DNA of 64,000 nucleotides, taken from positions 1,240,001-1,304,000 of the forward strand of contig NW_027590117.1 in assembly GCF_964213995.1 (NCBI RefSeq), written 5' to 3'. Positions 40,465-50,648 of the stretch are shown here, piece after piece. Below the pieces are notes generated by a model. That model saw only the letters and a list, made by a program, of their open reading frames with translations. It was not told the DNA's origin and did not search any database. The stretch comes from Mustelus asterias. Taxonomy: Eukaryota. The number at the start of each line of letters is the position of its first letter. Position 1 is the stretch's first letter. The translations under genes were made by a program, and so were the position numbers.

Positions 40465-41641
40465 TCAAATTGTGACCAGGGAATTAATATCTGTAACTCA
40501 GGTTCTAATTGGTTCAGTGGTTTCCTTAACCGCCCCTTTCAGAAATTGGGCCGTTTTTGATGCAAGAAATAACCGTCTGTTTCAAAGAAGACTTTATTCC
40601 GTCCTTATTAATATAACCATTACCAGAAACATTGAAGATTTGAAGTCCATCTCCCTCCACTTAGTGCTTTAGACCCTTTCCCCGCTCTCTGGGCTGTTCA
40701 TTCCCAGAATCTCCCACTGTTCCACTCTATCCCCGTCCCTTTCCTCTCCAGCCCATTCAGATTGCCCTTCCCCTGTCGTTTGTGACATTCGCCGCAGCTT
40801 TCAGCGGAAAGGATCAGAAATCTGTCGCTTCTCTGTGTCCCCCTGAAGCCGGTGTGAAAGGGGTTGAGTCTGTTGTTTGTTACAGAGAGTGACTTCATAT
40901 TTGTCCCGTTTGACATTACTGAATAGAGCCGTTTGCTTCCCGTGGCGGACAAATGAAACCTTTTGTAAAATAATCTTACAGCAGAATATTAATTGAGAAT
41001 CTATTTTTAATAAGTTAAGAATTTGTCTCAATTCCCTTTCCCGCGCTGAAATTGGCGGCATTTCCCCCAATTCAAAATTTCTGCCGGTTGACAGTTGAAG
41101 CCAATGATTGGCTCAATCTTCACATTCGATGCTCTGCGATTGGTTCAGAGCTGCGAATGCGGAGAGGATGGCCAATCAGAAGCAGGTTGGGGCTGGAGCG
41201 GCTCAAACTGCGGGAATTGCGGGTTTGTGAATGACTGAGCGGAAACTGATCAGTTTCACAAAGCGTCAGTTTCAGTGCAGGAAACAACCGTCTGGGGGCA
41301 AATAGCATCACAACTGGGACTGGTTCCAGTGAACGATTCACCGGCTGCTGCTACTAAACTCCGCTATTCCAGAGAAAGCTTTGATAAACTCTACCCAAAC
41401 AGTGATTAAACAGGAGTGATGTGGCTTTTCACTGAGGGCACATGTCAACTGGGGAAAATCAACAACTGCAGAAACGATAGAGCTATTTAGATCATCCAAT
41501 TAAAAATAAAAACAATTTCAATCCCTACTGCAAATGAAATGTTAAATTCAACCTGAACAAAGCAAATATTCATCTCCACCACTGAACAGCCTATCCCAGC
41601 CCCCGTGCCCAGGTCACTGCTCTCTCTGTGAAGCGGTGAGT

Positions 41642-41657
41642 GGCCCTTAAAAGAGCC
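41642..41657 (-). terminator. Histone 3' stem-loop (H4)
   Basis: GGCTCTTTTAAGGGCC (one G-U pair). Confidence 0.9.
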
Positions 41658-41691
41658 TTTGTTGTGTGTTCGGGAGGAAGGTTCCAGTTGT

Positions 41692-42042
<351 letters not shown>

Positions 42043-42609
42043 TCAGGCTCCTTTTATACAGCCCGCCCCGACGTGACTGAGAAAGGCGGAGTGAGAGCAG
42101 AGAGGGGAGGAGACAGAGTGAAGATTAAACACAGAGCGGGAGGGAGGAGAGAGCCGGACTAACACACACACACACAGAACGGCCCCTGATCTTTCAGCTC
42201 CACCTCCAGTTTCTGCAACCGCCAATTTCAACCCGTTTATTAACAATGGAAGCGAAACACAGCTCCCCACACAAACACTACCAGAGCCGCCGTTCACAGT
42301 CAAGAGTTTCCACAAACCCGGAGCTTTGAAATATGGAAGCAAAACAGAAAATGCTGCAAATAATCAGCAGCTCCGGCAGCTTTTGTGAAGAGAGAGACAG
42401 AGTTAACGTTTCGGATCGTGACTTTGTCCGTTTGTGTTTTTAAACCTGGTCCCGGAATAATTCCCAGTCAGTAATATTCCGACCTAAACACAGTCGATTC
42501 TCTAGCAAGAATCTTCCCCCGGAACACCCTCACACACATCTGCTTCTCGCTGTTTGCAAACACTTTATTGAAGCTGTTTGGGGCAATCTCCTGTGTTAAA
42601 ATTAAGGGA

Positions 42610-42678
42610 GTCAGGATGGCCGAGCGGTCTAGGCCGCAGTCTCCTCTGGAGGCGTGGGTTCAAATCCCACTCCTGACA
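42610..42678 (+). pseudogene. tRNA-Leu(CAG)-derived gene lacking the anticodon (14-nt deletion)
   Basis: GTCAGGATGGCCGAGCGGTCT-AGGCCGCAGTCTCCTCTGGAGGCGTGGGTTCAAATCCCACTCCTGACA; 69 nt versus 83. Confidence 0.88.
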
Positions 42679-42694
42679 TTGATGTTTGGCGAAG

Positions 42695-42975
42695 AATTGC
42701 CGTCTCACAGCACCAGGCACTTGGGTTCGATTCCCGGCTGAGGTCTCTGTCTGTGTGGAGTTTGCACATACTCCCCGGGCTTCCTCCGGGTGCTCCGGTT
42801 TCTTCCCGCACACCAAAGTGCCTGTCAGGTTGATTGGCCATGCTAAATTGCACCGGAGTGTCAGGGGGTAAGTCCGGTCAATAAATAGGGTAATGGGGAT
42901 CCGGACTGGGTGGGATTGAGGTCGGTGCAGACTCGATGGGACGATTGGCCTCCTTCTGCATTGCAGGGATTCGGT
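42695..42975 (+). mobile_element. HE1-type SINE, 5'-degenerate
   Basis: GGTTCGATTCCC B box and V-domain. Confidence 0.75.
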
Positions 42976-43215
42976 TAAAAATGAGGCAGGAATGCGGTGT
43001 TGAGCCGCCAGTGTTCCTGTCTCACACTGAATCTAACAGACATCTTTATTATGAGAGAAAGTGGCGATTGAACAAATGTGAAATTCAAATGAAATTCAGC
43101 ATCTGCTGTGTTTTGCTTTAGTCTGAACTTGAAATGATCTCTATTGAGAATGAGCCGGGCCGCGGGACAGGAATCATTTTCTTGCGGGATCAGCTCTTTC
43201 CTGAGAGATGTGGGT

Positions 43216-43231
43216 GGCTCTGAGAAGAGCC
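43216..43231 (-). terminator. Histone 3' stem-loop (H1)
   Basis: GGCTCTTCTCAGAGCC-ACCCA, HDE GGAAAGAGCTG. Confidence 0.95.
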
Positions 43232-43267
43232 TTTGGGTTCAGAGGTTTACAATTTGCTCGGGTTGTT

Positions 43268-43933
43268 TCACTTCTTTCCTGACGCTTTCTTCGCTTTTGC
43301 TGCTTTCACTTTGGGTTTGGCTTTCGATTTAGTCACTTTTTTGACAGACTTTCCGCCCGTCACCTTCTTCACAGGAGACTTTTTCTTCAGGGCTGCTTTC
43401 TTCAACACCTTTTTTGGAGTTGCCGCCTTTTTGCTGCTTGTTCTCTTCACTGTTGATTTCTTCACTGGAGTTCTCTTTGCTGCGGGTTTCTTGGCTGCGG
43501 GTTTCTTGGCTGCTGCTTTCTTTGTTGTCACCTTCTTGGCCGCTGTTTTCTTTACTAAAGATTTCTTGGCTGTTGGTGTCTTCACCTTCTTTCCCATTTT
43601 CCCCGGGCCTTCGTTCTTAGCGAGTTTGAAGGAGCCGGAGGCGCCCTGTCCCTTTGTCTGCACCAGAGACCCTGTCTCCACCTTCCTCTTGATCGTTAAC
43701 CTGATCTGGGAGACGCGCTTCCCCACATCCACTCCGCTGCCAGCCAAAGCTTTCTTTATCGCGGCCAGGGACATCCCCTTGCGATCGCGGCATTCCGCCA
43801 CAACATTGAGGATCTGCTCGCCCAACTTGGGACCGGCTGCCGCAGGTCGGGGAGCCGCCTTCTTCTTCCTGGGAGACTTCACTTGAGCGGGAGCGGCTGG
43901 AGGAGCCGTTTCGGCGGCTGCAGTTTCAGTCAT
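43268..43933 (-). CDS. H1: Linker histone H1 (221 aa)
   Basis: MTETAAAETAPPAAP..., globular domain (RKGMSLAAIKKAL...LVQTKGQGASGSFKL), K/A/P-rich tail with S/TPxK motifs; stem-loop. Confidence 0.97.
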   Translation of the reverse strand: MTETAAAETAPPAAPAQVKSPRKKKAAPRPAAAGPKLGEQILNVVAECRDRKGMSLAAIKKALAGSGVDVGKRVSQIRLTIKRKVETGSLVQTKGQGASGSFKLAKNEGPGKMGKKVKTPTAKKSLVKKTAAKKVTTKKAAAKKPAAKKPAAKRTPVKKSTVKRTSSKKAATPKKVLKKAALKKKSPVKKVTGGKSVKKVTKSKAKPKVKAAKAKKASGKK

Positions 43934-44077
43934 ATCCGAGAGTGTGTGGAAAATCTGTGTGAGAGTCAGAACTGGATCCGAAATGAACCCAGTGGTGGCG
44001 GCACAGAGCAACTTAAAGGCAGAGAGCGGACGGAGCAGAGACAAGCTGCTGTCAGCTCCCGGCTCCTCCAGCCTCTC

Positions 44078-44084
44078 TGTGTTT
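44078..44084 (-). promoter_or_regulatory. H1 box (AC box) AAACACA
   Basis: Exact H1-specific promoter motif ~150 nt upstream of the ATG. Confidence 0.6.
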
Positions 44085-45537
44085 CTCTCTCCTCTCAAAC
44101 TCTCCCATTGCAATGAAATTCCACCTCTCCAGAGATCCAGCTCACATCCTTCATGTCTCTGACACACGAATGATTGCAGTTGAAAAGGTTTCACTCGAAC
44201 TGAGTACTCCGTTTTCCACTGAAACCCGTTTTACTGCTGCACTGATCGCGCTCTCACACGCGATAGCTGACATGTTCTCTACTTTTCCACTGAATTCTTC
44301 AATTTAGAGAAAACAATTGCCTTGAAGTCTAACTTTGGGGCTCAGCAGGGGGATTAAGGGAATCTTTGATTGGAAAATTGTTTTATTTTACACAAGAGAG
44401 ACTCGGAGATGTCATGATCAGAACAGAAACACAAACACAGTTGGATTAGTCTGACCCGCCCGTCCCTTTCATACACTCTCTCTTACACAATATTCACATC
44501 TGCACATTCACAGGACAAAACTTTCACCAAATGTAAGGTCCCAGGACGGAATTTCTCCTCCTTTTCGCCTTTCCTCTGTATTCCGGGGGGTTCGTTAGAG
44601 TTTTTCACCTCAGTAACTGTTAAACACTCTGAAGCCCCCTCCCTGCAGATTGTCTTTGAATTCATTCATGGAATGTGAGTGTCGCTGTCTGGGTCAGCAT
44701 TTATTGCCCATCCCTAATTGCCCTTGGGAAGGTGGTGGTGAGCTGCTTTCTGGAACCGCTGCAGTCCATGTGGTGTACGGCCACATTTGTTCACTAGATT
44801 CGCGGCAACAGCCAATTATATCTGTTTTTTTTCAGTTATTATAGCGATTGCAGACATGATTGTGTTTCTTTCGGGCGAAGGACAAATTATCTGCTCTCGG
44901 AGTCTCTCAATTTTCCTGTTTTATTTGTTTCTCTTGCACTGACAGGTAACAGTAAATCACAACCTCAACAACCAGTGACAGCCAGTTAAATAATCATCCC
45001 CCACTCGCTGATAATGGAGTTTCTGACAGTGGCAGACAGTTTCTGACCATCCTCCAATTGGGCCCGAAGGTAACTAGATTCAGTGTCAGAGCTGGACTTT
45101 CTTACTGAGGGGGTGGCAGAGCCAGGTGAGTGATGGTGGTGACTGTGCGAACATTTGACCAAGGGTCAGTTCCTGGCCATCACAGTGGTAATTCATTTAA
45201 TTATCTATCGCAGGTCAGAACAGTAGGTGGGCACTCCTAAAATAAAATTCACTAAAAATTCTCATCATCGCTGTGTTTCTAATGTAAAATCCACATTCAA
45301 TTTCCTTTCAGCTGAAACGTTGTTCAAATGAAAGAAAAGGCCTCAAAACTAATCAATGAGTTCTCAGTCAGAATCAATTGTAAAACGAAAGGTGGGCTAA
45401 ACTGTCCAGAAAAGCGAGACAAGCCAAGTTCAATTTACAAACTGTGCTGTGGACACATCTGGTGTTTGATGAAATCAGCAACTCAGGAAGTTCCTTAATT
45501 ATAACTAATGAAAATAACAGTTGTTTAAGCAGAGTGA

Positions 45538-45609
45538 GCGATGGTGGTATAGGGGTGAGCATAACTGCCTTCCAAGCAGATGACCCAGGTTTGATTCCTG
45601 GCCAACGCA
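45538..45609 (+). pseudogene. tRNA-Gly(TCC), degenerate
   Basis: GCGATGGTGGTATAGGGGTGAGCATAACTGCCTTCCAAGCAGATGACCCAGGTTTGATTCCTGGCCAACGCA; acceptor and anticodon-stem mismatches, T-loop TTC to TTT. Confidence 0.85.
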
Positions 45610-45943
45610 TTGGTCATTTATTTCGAACCTTATCCGCGGCCTCTTGTGTTTTAAACTGAGTGGACAAAAACAGGGCAAACGAAACATTTGACAAGAATGA
45701 AATAAAATGCAGATAGCTTTTTCATTTTTTGTTCGGACATAATTCTTTTTTGATGAAAAATATTGGAATAGAAAAACAAGTCTCTGACCGAATAAATGAA
45801 TTTTCAGCCAGACACAAAGACTCAAAGTAAAAGTAGAAGAACAAATTTCAGCTCCCACACTGTGTGCTGCGCAAAACTGGTGCCTGATGAAGTTAATGTG
45901 AACGTTACTGAGGTGGTTACATTATTCAGACAAATAAGAGCTG

Positions 45944-46175
45944 CCAAAAGATAAAATACTGGAAAATCTTAGCAGGTCTGACAACATCTGTAAAGAAAGA
46001 AAAGAGCTGACATTTCGAGTCCAGATGACTCTTTGTCAAAGCTTTGACAATGGATCGTCTGGACTCGAAACGTCAGCTCTTTTCTCTCCTTACAGATGCT
46101 GCCAGACTTGCTGAGATTTTCCAGCATTTTCTCTTTTGGTTTCAGATTCCAGCATCCGCAGTGATTTGCTTTCAT
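45944..46175. mobile_element. Palindromic element (two head-to-head copies of a retroelement terminus)
   Basis: ~95-bp imperfect arms centred on CAAAG|CTTTG (46041/46042); single-arm relatives at ~5270-5340, ~42340-42420, ~62610-62720. Confidence 0.75.
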
Positions 46176-46189
46176 TCTTTAAAGAAGCA

Positions 46190-46271
46190 GCTGCCGTGGC
46201 TGCGTGGTTAAGGCGATGGATTTGAAACCCAATGGAGTTTCTCCGTGCAGATTCGAACCCTGCTGGCAGCG
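46190..46271 (+). pseudogene. tRNA-Ser(TGA), degenerate
   Basis: GCTGCCGTGGCTGCGTGGTTAAGGCGATGGATTTGAAACCCAATGG...ATTCGAACCCTGCTGGCAGCG; several stem mismatches. Confidence 0.8.
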
Positions 46272-46481
46272 AGTGTGATTGGAAATGTTTGCTTTAGGCA
46301 GCCACAGAATTGCAAATCCTATTTTTTTGGAATGAATTCTTTGGATCTCCAGCATGCTTTCAGCTACATAACAGGAAGGTGAGCTTGGAAAGGACACCTG
46401 AGTGTCCTCAGTCTGGCAAGGACAAGATAGGCCGAATGGGTTCCTTCGGTGCTGTTACATTTCTCTGGTTCTTTCTAAGGT

Positions 46482-46749
46482 CGTGATGTGGAGATGCCGG
46501 CGTTGGACTGGGGTGAACACAGTAAGAGTTTTAACAACACCAGGTTAAAGTCCAACAGGTTTATTTGGTAGCAAATACCATTAGCTTTCGGAGCGCTGCT
46601 CCTTTGTCAGATGGAGTGGAAATGTGCTCTCAAACAGGGCACAGAGACACAAAATCAAGTTACAGAATACTGATTAGAATGTGAATCCCTACAGCCAACC
46701 AGATCTTTAAACCTGTTGGACTTTAACCTGGTGTTGTTTAAACACTTAC
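46482..46749 (-). mobile_element. Short Penelope-like insertion with inverted terminus and 12-bp TSD
   Basis: TCTTTCTAAGGT at 46470-46481 and 46750-46761; empty site in the paralog near 50760. Confidence 0.85.
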
Positions 46750-47009
46750 TCTTTCTAAGGTGCCATGAGGAAAATCAAAGCATGAGCAGAGTGACAAAGG
46801 CATCAACAGGGGCACAAGGACAAAACAAGGTCTCATGTCAGAGGAAGGTTTTTATAAATGACACACAGAACATAAGAAATACATTTATTTAATTGAGCTG
46901 GACCCTGAAAGATGAAACAAACTTCGAACCAATCAGTGCCTGTCTGAGAACTGGCAAGGAATATGCCTGACATTGATCCGGTTCGTGGTGAATTTTTTTA
47001 GAGAATAAA

Positions 47010-47935
47010 AGAATCATACAGTACAGAAGAGGCTCTTCGGCCCATCGAGTCTGCTCTGACACGGAAGAAGCATCTGACCTCCAATCGAATCGCATCTACC
47101 AGCACTTGACCCATGGACCTGAATGTTATGATATGCCAATTGCTGAACACATACTTTTAAAGGATGTGAGGCAACTTGCCTCTATCATCCTCCAAGGCAG
47201 CGCATTCCAGACCGTCACTACCCTTGGGTAAAAAAAAATTTCCGCACATCCACCCTAAACTTCCTGCCCCTCACATTGAACCTATGTCCTCTTTTTACTG
47301 ACCCTTCAACCAAGGGGAACAGCTGCTTCCTGTCCACTCTGTCGATGCCCTCATAATTTTGTACACCTCGATCAGGTCCCCCCTCAGTATTCTCTGCTCT
47401 AAAGAAAACAATCCAAGCCTCCCCAATCTCCCTTCATAACTTACATGTTCCATCCCAGACAGCATCATGGTGAATTTCCTCTGCCTCCCCTCCAGTGCAA
47501 TCACATCCTTGCTACCTTGTGGCGACCAAAACTGTACACAGTACTCGAGCTGTGGCCTCACCAAAGTTCTATGCAATTCCAACATGACATTTTATTGCAA
47601 TCGATGCCCCGATTGTTAAAGGCAAGTGCCCCATATGTTTTTTTTTCACCATCCTACTAACATACCCTTCTACCTTCAGAGATTATGGACAAACACGCCA
47701 ATGTCCCTTTATTCCACAGAACTTCCAAGTGCCATGCCCTTCATTGAATACTTCCTTGCCAAATTATTCCTTCCAAAGTGTGTTACCTCACATCTTTCGG
47801 GGTTAAATTCCATCTGCCACTTATCTGCCCGTTTGACTATCCTGTCTATATCTTCTTGCAGACTAAGAAACTGAGCCTCCCTTTCACCACCCAGCCAATC
47901 TATATGCCATCCGCAAAGTCACTCATCCTACCCCG
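47010..47935 (-). mobile_element. CR1 LINE 3' part
   Basis: LHRTLVRPQLEYCVQFWSP...LRGDLIEVYKI. Confidence 0.85.
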
Positions 47936-47944
47936 TCATTTTTT

Positions 47945-48860
47945 AGGAGGCATGGTTAGTATGTTTGCAAACGACACCAAGATTGGTGGCAGAGTGGACA
48001 GTGAAGAAGGTTACCTCGGATTGCAGTGGGATCTTGATCAATTGAGTCAGTGGGCCGATGAACGGCAGATGGAATTTGATTTAGATAAATGTAAGGTGAT
48101 GTATTTTGGCGGATTAAACCACGGCAGGACCTATTCAGTTCATGGTAAGACGTTGGGGTGAGTTATAAAACAAAGAGATCTCGGGGTACAGGTTCATAAC
48201 TCCTTGAAAGTGGAGTCACATGTGGACAGGGTGGTGAAGAAGGCATTTGACATGCTTGGTTTCAGTGGTCAGAACATTGAACACGGGGGTTGGGACATCT
48301 TGTGAAATTGTACAAGACATTCATAAGGCCACACTTGGAATACTGTGTAGAATTCTGGTCACCCTATTATCGGAAGGATATTAATAAACTAGAAAGAGTG
48401 CAGAAAAGATTTATTAGGATGCCACCAGGATTTGATTGTTTGAGTTATAAGGAGGGGTTGGGTGGACTGGAACTTTTTTTCCCCTGGAGCGCAGGAGACC
48501 TCGAGGTGATATAAAGAGGCCTATATCATAATGAGGAAATAGATAAGGTAGATAGCCAACAGCTTTTCCCCGCAATAAGGGAGTCTAAAACTGGAGAACA
48601 TAGGGTTAAGATGAGAGGGGAGGGATACAAAAGGGTCCAGAAGGGCAATTTATTTCACACAGAGAGTGGTGTGTGGAACGAGTTGCCAGAGGGAGTAGAG
48701 ACGGGTACAATTTTGTCTTTTAAAAGGAATTACATGGGTGAGCTGGATATAGAGGGATATGGACCAAACACGGGCAATAGGGACGAACTTAATGGTAAAA
48801 TTTGGGCGGCATGGACATGTTGTGCCAAAGGGCTTTTTTCCATGCTGTGAACCTCTATGA
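47945..48860 (+). mobile_element. CR1 LINE 3' part
   Basis: FANDTKIGG, LYKTFIRPHLEYC motifs. Confidence 0.85.
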
Positions 48861-49611
48861 CGAGATTTATTGACACAAACAGCAAATCCAAATTATTGTT
48901 CTCTGCTGCCATCTCCTGGCTGAACGCAAGTTGTGCAACAAGGTCACGATTCAAACAAACCTTCACAGATTGGAGTGAAATTACATCAACATGGTCCTTA
49001 CCGATTAACATGATTGCAAAACATGATATTAATCAAATTCCATGTCCCAAGGATCTGCTTTCTGATTGGGCGACCCTGCTCACCCCGATCTATTGGAAAG
49101 TGTAAAACTCCCAGAACGGGAATGTCGGTTACAGAATTCTCTCAGCTGTGATTTCTCTGCCACTTCATTGCTTCGTTCTATAAATACAGAGGGGGTGACA
49201 GAGCCAGGTGGTGTTGTGGTGACTGTGCGAGCATTTGACCAAGGGTCAGTTCCTGACCTTCAGAGTGTTGACTTATTTAATTAGCTATCTCTGGTCAGAA
49301 CAGAAGGGGGAAAGTTCTAAAAAAAATCAGCAAATATTCTCATCATCCATGTGTTTCTGACATAAAATCCAGCTTCAATTTCCGTTCAGTGGAAACTTTG
49401 TTCAAATGAAAGAACAGGCCGCAAATCTAATCAGAGTTATCAGTCAGAAGCAATCGCAAAAAGGTGGCTAAAACTGTCCAGAAAAATGAGACAAGCCAAG
49501 TTCAGGTAAAAAAAAATGTCCCAAGGACATACCTTCTGTCTGCTGAAATCAGAAGTTAAGGTAGTTTTGTAATTATAACTAATGAAAATAACAGTTACAT
49601 GAGGGGAGCGA

Positions 49612-49683
49612 GCGATGGTGTTCTAGTGGTGAGCATAGCTGCCTTCCAAGCAGTTGACCCGGGTTCGATTCCCGGCCATCGCA
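49612..49683 (+). tRNA. tRNA-Gly(TCC)
   Basis: GCGATGGTGTTCTAGTGGTGAGCATAGCTGCCTTCCAAGCAGTTGACCCGGGTTCGATTCCCGGCCATCGCA; fully paired acceptor stem, intact B box; D-stem variant, function uncertain. Confidence 0.8.
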
Positions 49684-49990
49684 TTGGTAATGTCAGCGCC
49701 CTCATGTGGTTTAAACGCAACATTTGACTGCAATGAAATAAAGTGGACTTCATGTTTTCGTTTTATTTTTCGGATGCAGAATTCGGGTTCAACTTGATTT
49801 TAATGAAAGGTTACTGAAAAAGAACAACAAGTCTTTGAACTAGTGAATGAGTTCTGGATCAGAGACAAAGATACAAATTAAAAGGAGACGAACAAATTTC
49901 AGCTCACACGCTGTGCCCTGCATCATTCCGGTGCCTGATAAAGGTCTGTGAATGTTGCTAAGTCGGTTACATCACAACAGCAAATAAGCA

Positions 49991-50068
49991 GCTGCGCTGG
50001 CCGAGTGGTTAAGGCGTTGAGAAATCCAATGGGGTTTCCCCGCGCAGGTTCGAGCCCTGCTAGCAGCG
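49991..50068 (+). pseudogene. tRNA-Ser pseudogene (4-nt deletion in the anticodon arm)
   Basis: ...AAGGCGTTG----AGAAATCCAATGGGGTTTCCCCGCGCAGGTTCGAGCCCTGC...; 78 nt versus 82. Confidence 0.85.
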
Positions 50069-50251
50069 GGTGTGATTTGAAATGTTTACTCCGCTGCTAC
50101 AGGGCAGCCACTGACTCGAAGAAGGCTCGCCATTATTTGGATATTCAGCTGCATAGCTCCGGGCTGGGTGCAGGAAGATGGGCTTGGAAAGGACATATTA
50201 ATTTGTAAATTGAATTTGTGTCTTTGTATGACCTGTTCGTGAACAGAACTC

Positions 50252-50296
50252 CCACTCACCTGATGAAGGAGCTGCAAGCGCTCTGAAAGCTAGTGG
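50252..50296 (+). ncRNA. Minimal type-I hammerhead ribozyme in a Penelope-like terminus
   Basis: CAC-CTGATGA-aGGAGC..GCTCT-GAAA-GCTA-GTG: intact core, stem II, palindromic short stem III. Confidence 0.75.
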
Positions 50297-50315
50297 CTTT
50301 TGCTACCAAATAAAC

Positions 50316-50648
50316 CTCGGCCTTTTGGCTAAGATCAAGTGTATGGACGGCAGCCCATGGTCGGCCGCACTTGGTCGAGGTCATTAGGTTACGCTGAGGC
50401 TTCATATGTTTCATATGAAGCAATTTTTAAAAGCGGCATCTCGGCCTTTTGGCTAAGATGCAAATGAGCTCAGGTCTTGGAGGAGGAACCTCCCCCTTCT
50501 CCAATCAGCTTGGCTCATGTAGATCAGGCCCAGGACAGGGTGGTTTGGTCGCTCGCCCTGTCTTGTCAGCCTGGATCTGAAATGTCTCAACTTGTTGAGA
50601 CTCTGAATTGGATTTGATTTGATTGAATTGGAAAAGTATTAAAAAAAA
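50316..50648 (+). mobile_element. U2 snRNA-headed short retroposon, copy 2, nested in a Penelope terminus
   Basis: CTCGGCCTTTTGGCTAAGATCAAGTGTA (U2 nt 8-35), body as in copy 1, A8 tail, TSD AAATAAAC at 50308-50315 and 50646-50653. Confidence 0.88.

Larger units (their letters stand above)
45105..46870 (+). repeat. Segmental duplication unit A (tRNA-Gly + tRNA-Ser); paralog 49185-50890
   Basis: Collinear non-repeat matches, e.g. GCATTTGACCAAGGGTCAGTTCCTG, ATAACTAATGAAAATAACAGTT, GGTCTCATGTCAGAGGAAG. Confidence 0.88.

Noticed and set aside
43233-43886. 217-aa hydrophobic ORF on the plus strand
   Set aside because: Antisense shadow of the Lys/Ala-rich H1 gene
43934-44194. N-terminal extensions of H1 (and of H2A, H2B, H3) in the ORF track
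   Set aside because: They start at upstream, mostly non-ATG codons and run through 5' UTR or promoter; the canonical ATGs match histone N-termini
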